From: Bugula neritina
Taxonomy: Eukaryota > Animalia > Bryozoa
NCBI GenBank assembly: GCA_964035545.1
Contig: CAXIUT010000183.1
Coordinates: 744,001-808,000, forward strand
DNA: 64,000 bases
Direction of reading: 5' to 3'
A program made the translations under genes and the position numbers. Shown piece by piece: positions 1 through 16,400 of this stretch (its first letter is position 1; each line of letters starts with the position of its first letter). The notes beneath the pieces were generated by a model. The model saw only the letters and a list, made by a program, of their open reading frames with translations. It was not told where the DNA came from and made no database searches.

Positions 1-3000
1 AAATACTGAAACATACTGAAATATTCTGCGACACATTGCAATATACTGTAACATACTGAAATATGCTGTAGCACACTGAAATACACTGCAACTCACCGAA
101 ATATATTGCAACATACTGAAATACACAGTAACATATTGAAACATACTGCAACATACTGCAACATACTGAAATACACTGTAACATACTGAAAGACACTGCA
201 AAATACTACAACATATTGAAATACACTGCAACACATTGAAGTATACTGCAACATACCTAAATATACGGTAATATACTGAAATATACTGTAACACATTGAA
301 AAATACTGCAACATACTGAATTATACTGCAAGATACTGCAACATACTGAAATACACTATAACATACTGAAACACACTGCAACATACTGCATTATACTGAC
401 ATACACTGGAACATATTGAAATACACTACAACATCCTACAACATGCTGAAATACACAGTAACATATTGAAGTACACCACAACACCTTGAAATATACTGCA
501 ACATACCGAAATATATGGTAAACTACTGAAATATACTGTAACACATTGAAAAATACTGCAACATACTGAAATATACTGCGACACATTGCAATATACTGTA
601 ACATACTGAAATATGCTCTAGCACACTGAAATACACTGCAACTCACTGAAATATACTGCAACATACTGAAGTACACTGCAACACATTGAAATATACTGCA
701 ATATACCAAAATATATGGTAAACTACTGAAATATACTTTAACCCATTGAAAAATACTGCAACATACTGAAGTATACTGTAACGCACTGAAATATACTGCA
801 ACATACTGAAATACACTGCAACTCACTGAAATATACTGCACCATATTGAAATACACTGCAACATCCTACAACATGCTGAAATACACTGTAACATATTGAA
901 ATACACTGCAACACATTGAAATATACTGCAACATACCGAAATATATGGTAAACTACTGAAATATACTGTAACACATTGCAAAATACTGCAACATACTGAA
1001 ATATACTGCGACACATTGCAATATACTGTAACATACTGAAATATGCTCTAGCACACTGAAATACACTGCAACTCACTGAAACATACTGCAACATACTGAA
1101 ATACACTGCAACACATTGAAATATACCGCAACATACCAAAATATATGGTAAACTACTGAGATATACTTTAACACATTGGAAAATACTGCAACATACTGAA
1201 ATATACTGTAACACACTGAAATATACTGCAACATACTGAAATACACTGTAACATACTGAAATAAACTGCACCATACTGAACTACACTGCTACATACTGAA
1301 ACATAATTCAACATACTGCAACGTACTGAAATACACTGCAACACATTGAAATATACTCCAACATACCTAAATATACGGTAATATACCGAAAAACACTGTA
1401 ACACATTGAAAAATACTGAAACATACTGAAATATACTGCGACACCTTGCAATATACTGTAACATACTGAAATATGCTGTAGCACACTGAAATACACTGCA
1501 ACTCACTGAAACATACTGCAACATACTGAAATACACATTAACATATTGAAACATACTGCAACATACTGCAACATATTGAAATACACTGTAACATACTGAA
1601 ATACACTGCAAAACACTACAACATATTGAAATACACTGCAACACATTGAAATATACTGCAACATACCTAAATATACGGTAATATACTGAAATATACTGTA
1701 ACATACTGAAATATGCTCTAGCACACTGAAATACACTGCAACCCACTGAAATATACTGAAACATGCTGAATTATACTGCAAGATACTGCAACATACAGAA
1801 ATACACTGTAACATACTGAAACACACTGCAACATACTGCATTATACTGACACACTGGAACATATTGAAATACACTGCAACATCCTACAACATGCTGAAAT
1901 ACACAGTAACATATTGAAGTACACTACAACACCTTGAAATATACTGCAACATACCGAAATATATGGTAAACCACTGAAATATACTGTAACACATTGAAAA
2001 ATACTGCAACATACTGAAATATACTGCGACACATTGCAATATACTGTAACATACTGAAATATGCTCTAGCACACTGAAATACACTGCAACTCACTGAAAT
2101 ATACTGCAACAAACTGAAATACACTGCAACACATTGAAATATACTGCAACATACCAAAATATATGGTAAACTACTGAAATATACTTTAACCCATTGAAAA
2201 ATACTCCAACATACTGAAATATACTGTAACACACTGAAATATACTGCAACATACTGAAATACACTGCAAAATACTGAAATAAACTGCAACATACTGAAAT
2301 ACACTGCAACATCCTACAACATACTGATATACACTGTAACATATTGAAATACACTGCAACACATTGAAATATACTGCATTGTACCTAAATATACGGTAAT
2401 ATACTGAAATATACTGTAACACATTGCAAAATACTGCAAGATACTGAAATATACTGTGACACATTGCAATATACTGTAACATACTGAAATATGCTATAGC
2501 ACACTGAAATACACTGCAACTCACTGAAACATACTGCAACATATTGAAATACACTGCAACATCCTACAACATGCTGAAATACACTGTAACATATTGAAAT
2601 ACACGGCAACACGTTGAAATATACTGCAACATACCGAGATATATGGTAAACTACTGAAATATACTGTAACACATTGCAAAATACTGCAACATACTGAAAT
2701 ATACTGCGACACATTGCAAAATACTGCAACATACTGAAATAGACTGCGACACATTGCAGTATACTGTACCATACTGAAATATGCTCTAGCACACTGAAAT
2801 ACACTGCAGCTCACTGAAATATATAGGAACATATTGAAATACACTGCAACACATTGAAATATACTGCAACATACCAAAATATATGGTAAACTACTGAAAT
2901 ATACTTTAACACATTGAAAAATACTGCAACATACTGAAATATACTGTAACACACTGAAATATACTGCAACATACTGAAATACACTGTAACATACTGAAAT

Positions 3001-3740
3001 AAACTGCAACATACTGAAGTACACTAGAACATCCTACAACATACTGAAATACACTGTTACATAATGTAATACACTGCAACACATCGAATTATACTGCATT
3101 GTACCTAAATATACGGTAATATACTGAAATATACTGTAACACATTGAAAAATACTGCAACATACTGAAATACACTGCAACACACTGAAATACTTCGCAAA
3201 ATACTACAACTTACTGAAATACACTGCAACACATTGAAATATACTGCAACCTACGGAAATATATGGTAAACTACTGAAATATACTGTAACACATTGAAAA
3301 ATGCTGCAACATACTGAAATATACTCTGACACAATGCAATATTCTGTTACATACTGAGATATGCCGTAGCACACTGATATACACTGCAACTCACTGAAAT
3401 ATACTGCAACATACTGAAATACACTGTAATGTCCTACAACATACTGAAATACATAGTAAGATATTGAAATACACTGCAACACATTGAAATATACTGCAAC
3501 ATACTGAAATAGACTGCAACATCCTACAACATACTGAAATACACTGCAACATATTGAAAGACACTGCAAGACATTGAAATATACTGCAACATACCAAAAT
3601 ACATGGTAAACTACTGAAATATACATTAACACATTGAAAAATACTGCAACATACTGAAATATACTGTAACACACTGAAATATACTGCAACATACTGAAAT
3701 ACACTGTAACATACTGAAATAAACTGCATTATACTGAGTT

Positions 3741-6700
3741 ACACTGCTACATACTGAAATATAATTCAACATACTGCAACGTACTGAAACACACTGTAAC
3801 ATATTGAAATACACTGCAACATACTACAAAACATTGAAATACACTGCAACACATTGAAACATACTGCAACATACCGATATATATGGTAAACTATTGAAAT
3901 ATACTGTAACACATTGAAAGATACTGAAACTTACTGAAATATACTGCGACACATTGCAATATACTGTAACATACTGAAATATCCTGTAGCACACTGAAAT
4001 ACACTGCAACTCACTGAAATATACTGCAATATACTGAAATACACTGCAACATCCTACAACCTACTGAAATACACTGCAACATATTGAAATACACTGTAAC
4101 ATATTGAAACATACTGCAACAAACTGCAACATATTGAAATACACTGCAACACTATAATACACTGCAAAATACTACAACATACTGAAATACACTGTCACAT
4201 ATTGAAACATACCGCAACATACTGCAACATACTGAAATACACTGCAAAAATTTACAACATATTGAAATACACTGCAACACATTGAAATATACTCCAACAT
4301 ACCTAAATATACGGTAATATACTGAAATACAATGCAACACATTGAAATATACTGCAACATACCGAAATATATGGTAAACTATTGAAATATACTGTAACAC
4401 ATTGAAAAATACTGAAACATACTAAAATATACTGCGACACATTGCAATATACTGTAACATACTGAAATATCTTGTAGCACACTGAAATACACTGCAACTC
4501 ACTGAAATATACTGCAATATACTGAAATACACTGCAACATATTGAAATACACTGCAACACATTGAAATATACCGCAACATACCGAAATATATGGTAAACT
4601 ATTGAAATATACTGTAACACATTGAAAAATACTGAAACATACTGAAATATTCTGCGACACATTGCAATATACTGTAACATACTGAAAGATGCTGTAGCAC
4701 ACTGAAATACACTGCAACTCACTGAAATATACTGCAATATACTGAAATACACTGCAACATCCTACAACATACTGAAATACACTGCAACATATTGAAAGAC
4801 ACTGCAACACATTGAAATATACTGCAACATACCGGAATATATGGTAAACTACTGAAATATACTGTAACACATTGAAAAATACTGCAACATACTGAAATAT
4901 ACTGCGACACATTGCAATATACCGCAACATACTGAAATACACTGTAACATACTGAAATATACTGCAACATACTGAAATACACTGCTACATACTGAAATAT
5001 ACTGCAACATACTGCAACATACTGAAATACACTGTAACATACTGAAATACACTGCAAAATACTACAACATATTGAAATACACTGCAACACATTGAAGTAT
5101 ACTGCAACATACCTAAATATACGGTAATATACTGAAATATACTGTAACACATTGAAAAATACTGCAACATACTGAATTATACTGCAAGATACTGCAACAT
5201 ACAGAAATACACTGTAACATACTGAAACACACTGTAACATACTGCATTATACTTACATACACTGGAACATATTGAAATACACTGCAACATCCTACAACAT
5301 GCTGAAATGCACAGTAACATATTGAAGTACACTACAACTCCTTGAAATATACTGCAACATACCGAAATATATGGTAAACTACTGAAATATACTGTAACAC
5401 ATTGAAAAATACTGCAACATACTGAAATATACTGCGACACATTGCAATATACTGTAACATACTGAAATATGCTCTAGCACACTGAAATACACTGCAACTT
5501 ACTGAAATATACTGCAACATACTGAAATACACTGCAACACATTGAAATATACTGCAACATACCAAAAGATATGGTAAACTACTGAAATATACTTTAACCC
5601 ATTGAAAATACTGCAACATACTGAATTATACTGTAACACACTGAAATATACTGCAACATACTGAAATACACTGTAACATACTAAAATAAACTGCAACATA
5701 CTGAAATACACTGCAACATCCTACAACATACTGATATACACTGTAACATATTGAAATACACTGCAACAACATGAAATATACTGCATTGTACCTAAATATA
5801 CGGTAATATACTGAAATATACTGTAACACATTACAAAATACTGCAAGATAATGAAATATATTGCGACACATTGCAATATACTATAACATACTGAAATATG
5901 CTATAGCACACTGAAATACACTGCAACTCACTGAAATATACTGCAACATATTGAAATACACTGCAACATCCTACAACATGCTGAAATACACTGTAACATA
6001 TTGAAATACACTGCAACACATTGAATTATACTGCAACATACCGAGATATATGGTAAACTACTGAAATATACTGTAACACATTGCAAAATACTGCAACATA
6101 CTGAAATATACTGCGACACATTGCGATATACTGTAACATACTGAAATATGCTCTAGCACACTGAAATACACTGCAACTCACTGAAACATACTGCAACATA
6201 CTGAAATACACTGCAACACATTGAAATATACCGCAACATACCAAAATATATGGTAAACTACTGAAATATACTTTAACACATTGAAAAATACCGCAACATA
6301 CTGAAATATACTGTAACACACTGCTACATACTGAAATATAATTCAACATACTGCAACGTACTGAAACACACTGTAACATATTGAAATACACTGCAACATA
6401 CTACAAAACATTGAAATACACTGCAACACATTGAAACATACTGCAACATACCGATATATATGGTAAACTATTGAAATATACTGTAACACATCGAAAGATA
6501 CTGAAACTTACTGAAATATACTGCGACACATTGCAATATACTGTAACATACTGAAATATCCTGTAGCACACTGAAATACACTGCAACTCACTGAAATATA
6601 CTGCAATATACTGAAATACACTGCAACATCCTACAACCTACTGAAATACACTGCAACATATTGAAATACACTGTAACATATTGAAACATACTGCAACAAA

Positions 6701-8900
6701 CTGCAACATATTGAAATACACTGCAACACTATAATACACTGCAAAATACTACAACATACTGAAATACACTGTCACATATTGAAACATACCGCAACATACT
6801 GCAACATACTGAAATACACTGCAAAAATTTACAACATATTGAAATACACTGCAACACATTGAAATATACTCCAACATACCTAAATATACGGTAATATACT
6901 GAAATACAATGCAACACATTGAAATATACTGCAACATACCGAAATATATGGTAAACTATTGAAATATACTGTAACACATTGAAAAATACTGAAACATACT
7001 AAAATATACTGCGACACATTGCAATATACTGTAACATACTGAAATATCTTGTAGCACACTGAAATACACTGCAACTCACTGAAATATACTGCAATATACT
7101 GAAATACACTGCAACATATTGAAATACACTGCAACACATTGAAATATACCGCAACATACCGAAATATATGGTAAACTATTGAAATATACTGTAACACATT
7201 GAAAAATACTGAAACATACTGAAATATTCTGCGACACATTGCAATATACTGTAACATACTGAAAGATGCTGTAGCACACTGAAATACACTGCAACTCACT
7301 GAAATATACTGCAATATACTGAAATACACTGCAACATCCTACAACATACTGAAATACACTGCAACATATTGAAAGACACTGCAACACATTGAAATATACT
7401 GCAACATACCGGAATATATGGTAAACTACTGAAATATACTGTAACACATTGAAAAATACTGCAACATACTGAAATATACTGCGACACATTGCAATATACC
7501 GCAACATACTGAAATACACTGTAACATACTGAAATATACTGCAACATACTGAAATACACTGCTACATACTGAAATATACTGCAACATACTGCAACATACT
7601 GAAATACACTGTAACATACTGAAATACACTGCAAAATACTACAACATATTGAAATACACTGCAACACATTGAAGTATACTGCAACATACCTAAATATACG
7701 GTAATATACTGAAATATACTGTAACACATTGAAAAATACTGCAACATACTGAATTATACTGCAAGATACTGCAACATACAGAAATACACTGTAACATACT
7801 GAAACACACTGTAACATACTGCATTATACTTACATACACTGGAACATATTGAAATACACTGCAACATCCTACAACATGCTGAAATACACAGTAACATATT
7901 GAAGTACACTACAACTCCTTGAAATATACTGCAACATACCGAAATATATGGTAAACTACTGAAATATACTGTAACACATTGAAAAATACTGCAACATACT
8001 GAAATATACTGCGACACATTGCAATATACTGTAACATACTGAAATATGCTCTAGCACACTGAAATACACTGCAACTTACTGAAATATACTGCAACATACT
8101 GAAATACACTGCAACACATTGAAATATACTGCAACATACCAAAAGATATGGTAAACTACTGAAATATACTTTAACCCATTGAAAATACTGCAACATACTG
8201 AATTATACTGTAACACACTGAAATATACTGCAACATACTGAAATACACTGTAACATACTAAAATAAACTGCAACATACTGAAATACACTGCAACATCCTA
8301 CAACATACTGATATACACTGTAACATATTGAAATACACTGCAACAACATGAAATATACTGCATTGTACCTAAATATACGGTAATATACTGAAATATACTG
8401 TAACACATTACAAAATACTGCAAGATAATGAAATATATTGCGACACATTGCAATATACTATAACATACTGAAATATGCTATAGCACACTGAAATACACTG
8501 CAACTCACTGAAATATACTGCAACATATTGAAATACACTGCAACATCCTACAACATGCTGAAATACACTGTAACATATTGAAATACACTGCAACACATTG
8601 AATTATACTGCAACATACCGAGATATATGGTAAACTACTGAAATATACTGTAACACATTGCAAAATACTGCAACATACTGAAATATACTGCGACACATTG
8701 CGATATACTGTAACATACTGAAATATGCTCTAGCACACTGAAATACACTGCAACTCACTGAAACATACTGCAACATACTGAAATACACTGCAACACATTG
8801 AAATATACCGCAACATACCAAAATATATGGTAAACTACTGAAATATACTTTAACACATTGAAAAATACCGCAACATACTGAAATATACTGTAACACACTG
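3741..8900. repeat. Tandem duplication, period 2577 bp (~3741-6317 / ~6318-8900)
   Basis: Matching ORF translations are offset by 2577 (3824/6401, 4152/6729, 4719/7296, 5928/8505). The junction lies in the shared ACACTG at 6318-6323. Few differences, e.g. G at 5309 vs A at 7886. Confidence 0.9.
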
Positions 8901-11900
8901 AAATGTACTGCAACATACTGAAATACACTGTAACATACTGAAATACACTGCAACAAACTACAACATTTTGAAATACACTGCAACACATTGAAATATACTG
9001 CAACATACCTAAATATACGGTATGATACCAAAAAAAACTGTAACAGATTGAAAAATTTGGCAACATACTGAAACACACTGCAACACACTGAAATACACTG
9101 CAACAAACTACAACATATTGAAATACACTGCAACGCATTGAAGTATACTCCAGCATACCTAAATATACGGTAATATACCGAAAAACACTGTAACACATGG
9201 AAAAATACTGAAACATACTGAAATATTCTGCGACACATTGCAATATACTGTAACATACTGAATTATGCTGTAGCACACTGAAATACACTGCAACTCACCG
9301 AAATATATTGCAACATACTGAAATACACAGTAACATATTGAAACATACTGCAACATACTGCAACATACTGAAATACACTGTAACATACTGAAAGACACTG
9401 CAAAATACTACAACATATTGAAATACACTGCAACACATTGAAGTATACTGCAACATACCTAAATATACGGTAATATACTGAAATATACTGTAACACATTG
9501 AAAAATACTGCAACATACTGAATTATACTGCAATATACTGCAACATACTGAAATACACTGTAACATACTGAAACACACTGCAACATACTGCATTATATTG
9601 ACATACACTGGAACATATTGAAATACACTACAACATCCTACAACATGCTGAAATACACAGTAACATATTGAAGTACACCACAACACCTTGAAATATACTG
9701 CAACATACCGAAATATATGGTAAACTACTGAAATATACTGTAACACATTGAAAAATACTGCAACATACTGAAATATACTGCGACACATTGCAATATACTG
9801 TAACATACTGAAATATGCTCTAGCACACTGAAATACACTGCAACTCACTGAAATATACTGCAACATACTGAAGTACACTGCAACACATTGAAATATACTG
9901 CAACATACCAAAATATATGGTAAACTACTGAAATATACTTTAACCCATTGAAAAATACTGCAACATACTGAAGTATACTGTAACACACTGAAATATACTG
10001 CAACATACTGAAATACACTGCAACTCACTGAAATATACTGCACCATATTGAAATACACTGCAACATCCTACAACATGCTGAAATACACTGTAACATATTG
10101 AAATACACTGCAACACATTGAAATATACTGCAACATACCGAAATATATGGTAAACTACTGAAATATACTGTAACACATTGCAAAATACTGCAACATACCG
10201 AAATATACTGCGACACATTGCAATATACTGTAACATACTGAAATATGCTCTAGCACACTGAAATACACTGCAACTCACTGAAACATACTGCAACATACTG
10301 AAATACACTGCAACACATTGAAATATACCGCAACATACCAAAATATATGGTAAACTACTGAAATATACTTTAACACATTGGAAAATACTGCAACATACTG
10401 AAATATACTGTAACACACTGAAATATACTGCAACATACTGAAATACACTGTAACATACTGAAATAAACTGCACCATACTGAACTACACTGCTACATACTG
10501 AAACATAATTCAACATACTGCAACGTACTGAAATACACTGTAACATACTGAAATACACTGCAACATACTACAACATATTGAAATACACTGCAACACATTG
10601 AAGTATACTGCAACATACCTAAATATACGGTAATATACTGAAATATACTGTAACACATTGAAAAATACTGCAACATACTGAATTATACTGCAAGATACTG
10701 CAACATACAGAAATACACTGTAACATACTGAAACACACTGTAACATACTGCATTATACTTACATACACTGGAACATATTGAAATACACTGCAACATCCTA
10801 CAACATGCTGAAATACACAGTAACATATTGAAGTACACTACAACTCCTTGAAATATACTGCAACATACCGAAATATATGGTAAACTACTGAAATATACTG
10901 TAACACATTGAAAAATACTGCAACATACTGAAATATACTGCGACACGTTGCAAAATACTGTAACATACTGAAATATGCTCTAGCACACTGAAATACACTG
11001 CAACTTACTGAAATATACTGCAACATACTGAAATACACTGCAACACATTGAAATATACTGCAACATACCAAAAGATATGGTAAACTACTGAAATATACTT
11101 TAACCCATTGAAAATACTGCAACATACTGAATTATACTGTAACACACTGAAATATACTGCAACATACTGAAATACACTGTAACATACTAAAATAAACTGC
11201 AACATACTGAAATACACTGCAACATCCTACAACATACTGATATACACTGTAACATATTGAAATACACTGCAACAACATGAACTATACTGCATTGTACCTA
11301 AATATACGGTAATATACTGAAATATACTGTAACACATTACAAAATACTGCAAGATAATGAAATATATTGCGACACATTGCAATATACTATAACATACTGA
11401 AATATGCTATAGCACACTGAAATACACTGCAACTCACTGAAATATACTGCAACATATTGAAATACACTGCAACATCCTACAACATGCTGAAATACACTGT
11501 AACATATTGAAATACACTGCAACACATTGAAATATACTGCAACATACCGAGATATATGGTAAACTACTGAAATATACTGTAACACATTGCAAAATACTGC
11601 AACATACTGAAATATACTGCGACACATTGCGATATACTGTAACATACTGAAATATGCTCTAGCACACTGAAATACACTGCAACTCACTGAAACATACTGC
11701 AACATACTGAAATACACTGCAACACATTGAAATATACCGCAACATACCAAAATATATGGTAAACTACTGAAATATACTTTAACACATTGAAAAATACCGC
11801 AACATACTGAAATATACTGTAACACACTGAAATATACTGCAACATACTGAAATACACTGTAACATACTGAAATACACTGCAACAAACTACAACATTTTGA

Positions 11901-13452
11901 AATACACTGCAACACATTGAAATATACTGCAACATACCTAAATATACGGTATGATACCAAAAAAAACTGTAACAGATTGAAAAATTTGGCAACATACTGA
12001 AACACACTGCAACACACTGAAATACACTGCAACAAACTACAACATATTGAAATACACTGCAACGCATTGAAGTATACTCCAGCATACCTAAATATACGGT
12101 AATATACCGAAAAACACTGTAACACATGGAAAAATACTGAAACATACTGAAATATTCTGCGACACATTGCAATATACTGTAACATACTGAATTATGCTGT
12201 AGCACACTGAAATACACTGCAACTCACCGAAATATATTGCAACATACTGAAATACACAGTAACATATTGAAACATACTGCAACATACTGCAACATACTGA
12301 AATACACTGTAACATACTGAAAGACACTGCAAAATACTACAACATATTGAAATACACTGCAACACATTGAAGTATACTGCAACATACCTAAATATACGGT
12401 AATATACTGAAATATACTGTAACACATTGAAAAATACTGCAACATACTGAATTATACTGCAATATACTGCAACATACTGAAATACACTGTAACATACTGA
12501 AACACACTGCAACATACTGCATTATATTGACATACACTGGAACATATTGAAATACACTACAACATCCTACAACATGCTGAAATACACAGTAACATATTGA
12601 AGTACACCACAACACCTTGAAATATACTGCAACATACCGAAATATATGGTAAACTACTGAAATATACTGTAACACATTGAAAAATACTGCAACATACTGA
12701 AATATACTGCGACACATTGCAATATACTGTAACATACTGAAATATGCTCTAGCACACTGAAATACACTGCAACTCACTGAAATATACTGCAACATACTGA
12801 AGTACACTGCAACACATTGAAATATACTGCAACATACCAAAATATATGGTAAACTACTGAAATATACTTTAACCCATTGAAAAATACTGCAACATACTGA
12901 AGTATACTGTAACACACTGAAATATACTGCAACATACTGAAATACACTGCAACTCACTGAAATATACTGCACCATATTGAAATACACTGCAACATCCTAC
13001 AACATGCTGAAATACACTGTAACATATTGAAATACACTGCAACACATTGAAATATACTGCAACATACCGAAATATATGGTAAACTACTGAAATATACTGT
13101 AACACATTGCAAAATACTGCAACATACCGAAATATACTGCGAAACATTGCAATATACTGTAACATACTGAAATATGCTCTAGCACACTGAAATACACTGC
13201 AACTCACTGAAACATACTGCAACATACTGAAATACACTGCAACACATTGAAATATACCGCAACATACCAAAATATATGGTAAACTACTGAAATATACTTT
13301 AACACATTGGAAAATACTGCAACATACTGAAATATACTGTAACACACTGAAATATACTGCAACATACTGAAATACACTGTAACATACTGAAATAAACTGC
13401 ACCATACTGAACTACACTGCTACATACTGAAACATAATTCAACATACTGCAA
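7636..13452. repeat. Tandem duplication, period 2929 bp
   Basis: ORF offsets 7754/10683, 8755/11684, 9295/12224, 9940/12869. The marker GGTATGATACC is at 9019 and 11948. Confidence 0.88.
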
Positions 13453-16400
13453 GATATTGAAATACACTGTAACATACTGAAATACACTGCAAAACACTAC
13501 AACATATTGAAATACACTGCAACACATTGAAATATACTGCAACATACCTAAATATTAGGTAATATACTGAAATATACTGTAACATACTGAAATATGCTCT
13601 AGCACACTGAAATACACTGCAACTCACTGAAATATACTGCAACATACTGAATTATACTGCAAGATACTGCAACATACAGAAATACACTGTAACATACTGA
13701 AACACACTGCAACATACTGCATTATACTGACACACTGGAACATATTGAAATACACTGCAACATCCTACAACATGCTGAAATACACAGTAACATATTGAAG
13801 TACACTACAACACCTTGAAATATACTGCAACATATCAAAATATATGGTAAACCACTGAAATATACTGTAACACATTGAAAAATACTGCAACATACTGAAA
13901 TATATTGCGACACATTGCAATATACAGTAACATACTGAAATATGCTCTAGCACACTGAAATACACTGCAACTCACTGAAATATACTGCAACAAACTGAAA
14001 TACACTGCAACACATTGAAATATACTGCAACATACCAAAATATATGGTAAACTACTGAAATATACTTTAACCCATTGAAAAATACTGCAACATACTGAAA
14101 TATACTGTAACACACTGAAATATACCGCAACATACTGAAATACACTGTAACATACTAAAATAAACTGCAACATACTGAAATACACTGCAACATCCTACAA
14201 CATACTGATATACACTGTAACATATTGAAATACACTGCAACACATTGAAATATACTGCATTGTACCTAAATATACGGTAATATACTGAAATATACTGTAA
14301 CACATTGCAAAATACTGCAAGATACTGAAATATACTGCGACACATTGCAATATACTGTAACATACTGAAATATGCTATAGCACACTGAAATACACTGCAA
14401 CTCGCTGAAACATACTGCAACATATTGAAATACACTGCAACATCCTACAACATGCTGAAATACACTGTAACATACTGAAATATACTGCAACATACTGAAA
14501 TACACTGCTACATACTGAAATATACTGCAACATACTGCAACATACTGAAATACACTGTAACATACTGAAAAACACTGCAAAATACTACAACATATTGAAA
14601 TACACTGCAACACATTGAAGTATACTGCAACATACCTAAATATTCGGTAATATACTGAAATATACTGTAACACATAGAAAAATACTGCAACATACTGAAT
14701 TATACTGCAAGATACTGCAACATACAGAAATACACTGTAACATACTGAAACACACTGCAACATACTGCATTATACTGACATACACTGGAACATATTGAAA
14801 CACACTGCAACATCCTACAACATGCTGAAATACACAGTAACATATTGAAGTACACTACAACACCTTGAAATATACTGCAACATACCGAAATATATGGTAA
14901 ACTACTGAAACATACTGTAACACATTGAAAAATACTGCAACATACTGAAATATACTGCGACACATTGCAATATACTGTAACATACTGAAATAAGCTCTAG
15001 CACACTGAAATACACTGCAACTCACTGAAATATACTGCAACATACTGAAATACACTGCAACACATTGAAATATACTGCAACATACCAAAAGATACGGTAA
15101 ACTACTGAAATACACTTTAACCCATTGAAAATACTGCAACATACTGAATTATACTGTACCACACTGAAATATACTGCAACATACTGAAATACACTGTAAC
15201 ATACTAAAATAAACTGCAACATACTGAAATACACTGCAACATCCTACAACATACTGATATACACTGTAACATATTGAAATACACTGCAACACCATGAAAT
15301 ATACTGCATTGTACCTAAATATTCGGTTATATACTGAAATATACTGTAACACATTGCAAAATACTGCAAGATAATGAAATATATTGCGACACATTGCAAT
15401 ATACTGTAACATACTGAAATATGCTATAGCACACTGAAATACACTGCAACTCACTGAAATATACTGCAACATATTGAAATACACTGCAACATCCTACAAC
15501 ATGCTGAAATACACTGTAACATATTGAAATACACTGCAACACATTGAAATATACTGCAACATACCGAAATATATGGTAAACTACTGAAATATACTGTAAC
15601 ACATTGCAAAATACTGCAACATACTGAAACATACTGCGACACACTGAAATATACTGCAACATACTGAAATACACTGTAACATACTGAAATAAACTGCAAC
15701 ATACTGAACTACACTGCTACATACTGAAACATAGTTCAACATACTGCAACTTACTGAAATACACTGTAACATACTGAAATACACTGCAACAAACTACAAC
15801 ATTTTGAAATACACTGCAACACATTGAAATATACTGCAACATACCTAAATATACGGTATGATACCAAAAAAAACTGTAACAGATTGAAAAATTTGGCAAC
15901 ATACTGAAACACACTGCAACACACTGAAATACACTGCAACAAACTACAACATATTGAAATACACTGCAACACATTGAAGTATACTCCAGCATACCTAAAT
16001 ATACGGTAATATACTGAAAAACACTGTAACACATGGAAAAATACTGCAACATACTGAAATACACTGCAACACTATAATGCACTGCAAAATACTACAACAT
16101 AGTGAAATACACTGTCACATATTGAAATACACTGCAACACATTGAAATATACCGCAACATACCGAAATATATGGTAAACTATTGAAATATACCGTAACAC
16201 ATTGAAAAATACTGAAACATACTGAAATATTCTGCGACACATTGCAATATACTGTAACATACTGAAATATCCTGTAGCACACTGAAATACACTGCAACTC
16301 ACTGAATTATACTGCAGTATACTGAAATACACTGCAAAATCCTACAACATACTGAAATACACTGCAACATATTGAAATACACTGTAACATATTGAAACAT

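Noticed and set aside
9019-9037. Intrinsic (rho-independent) terminator at the palindrome plus A8
   Set aside because: The stem is only 4-5 bp. On the minus strand the T-tract precedes the hairpin rather than following it. There is no gene context.
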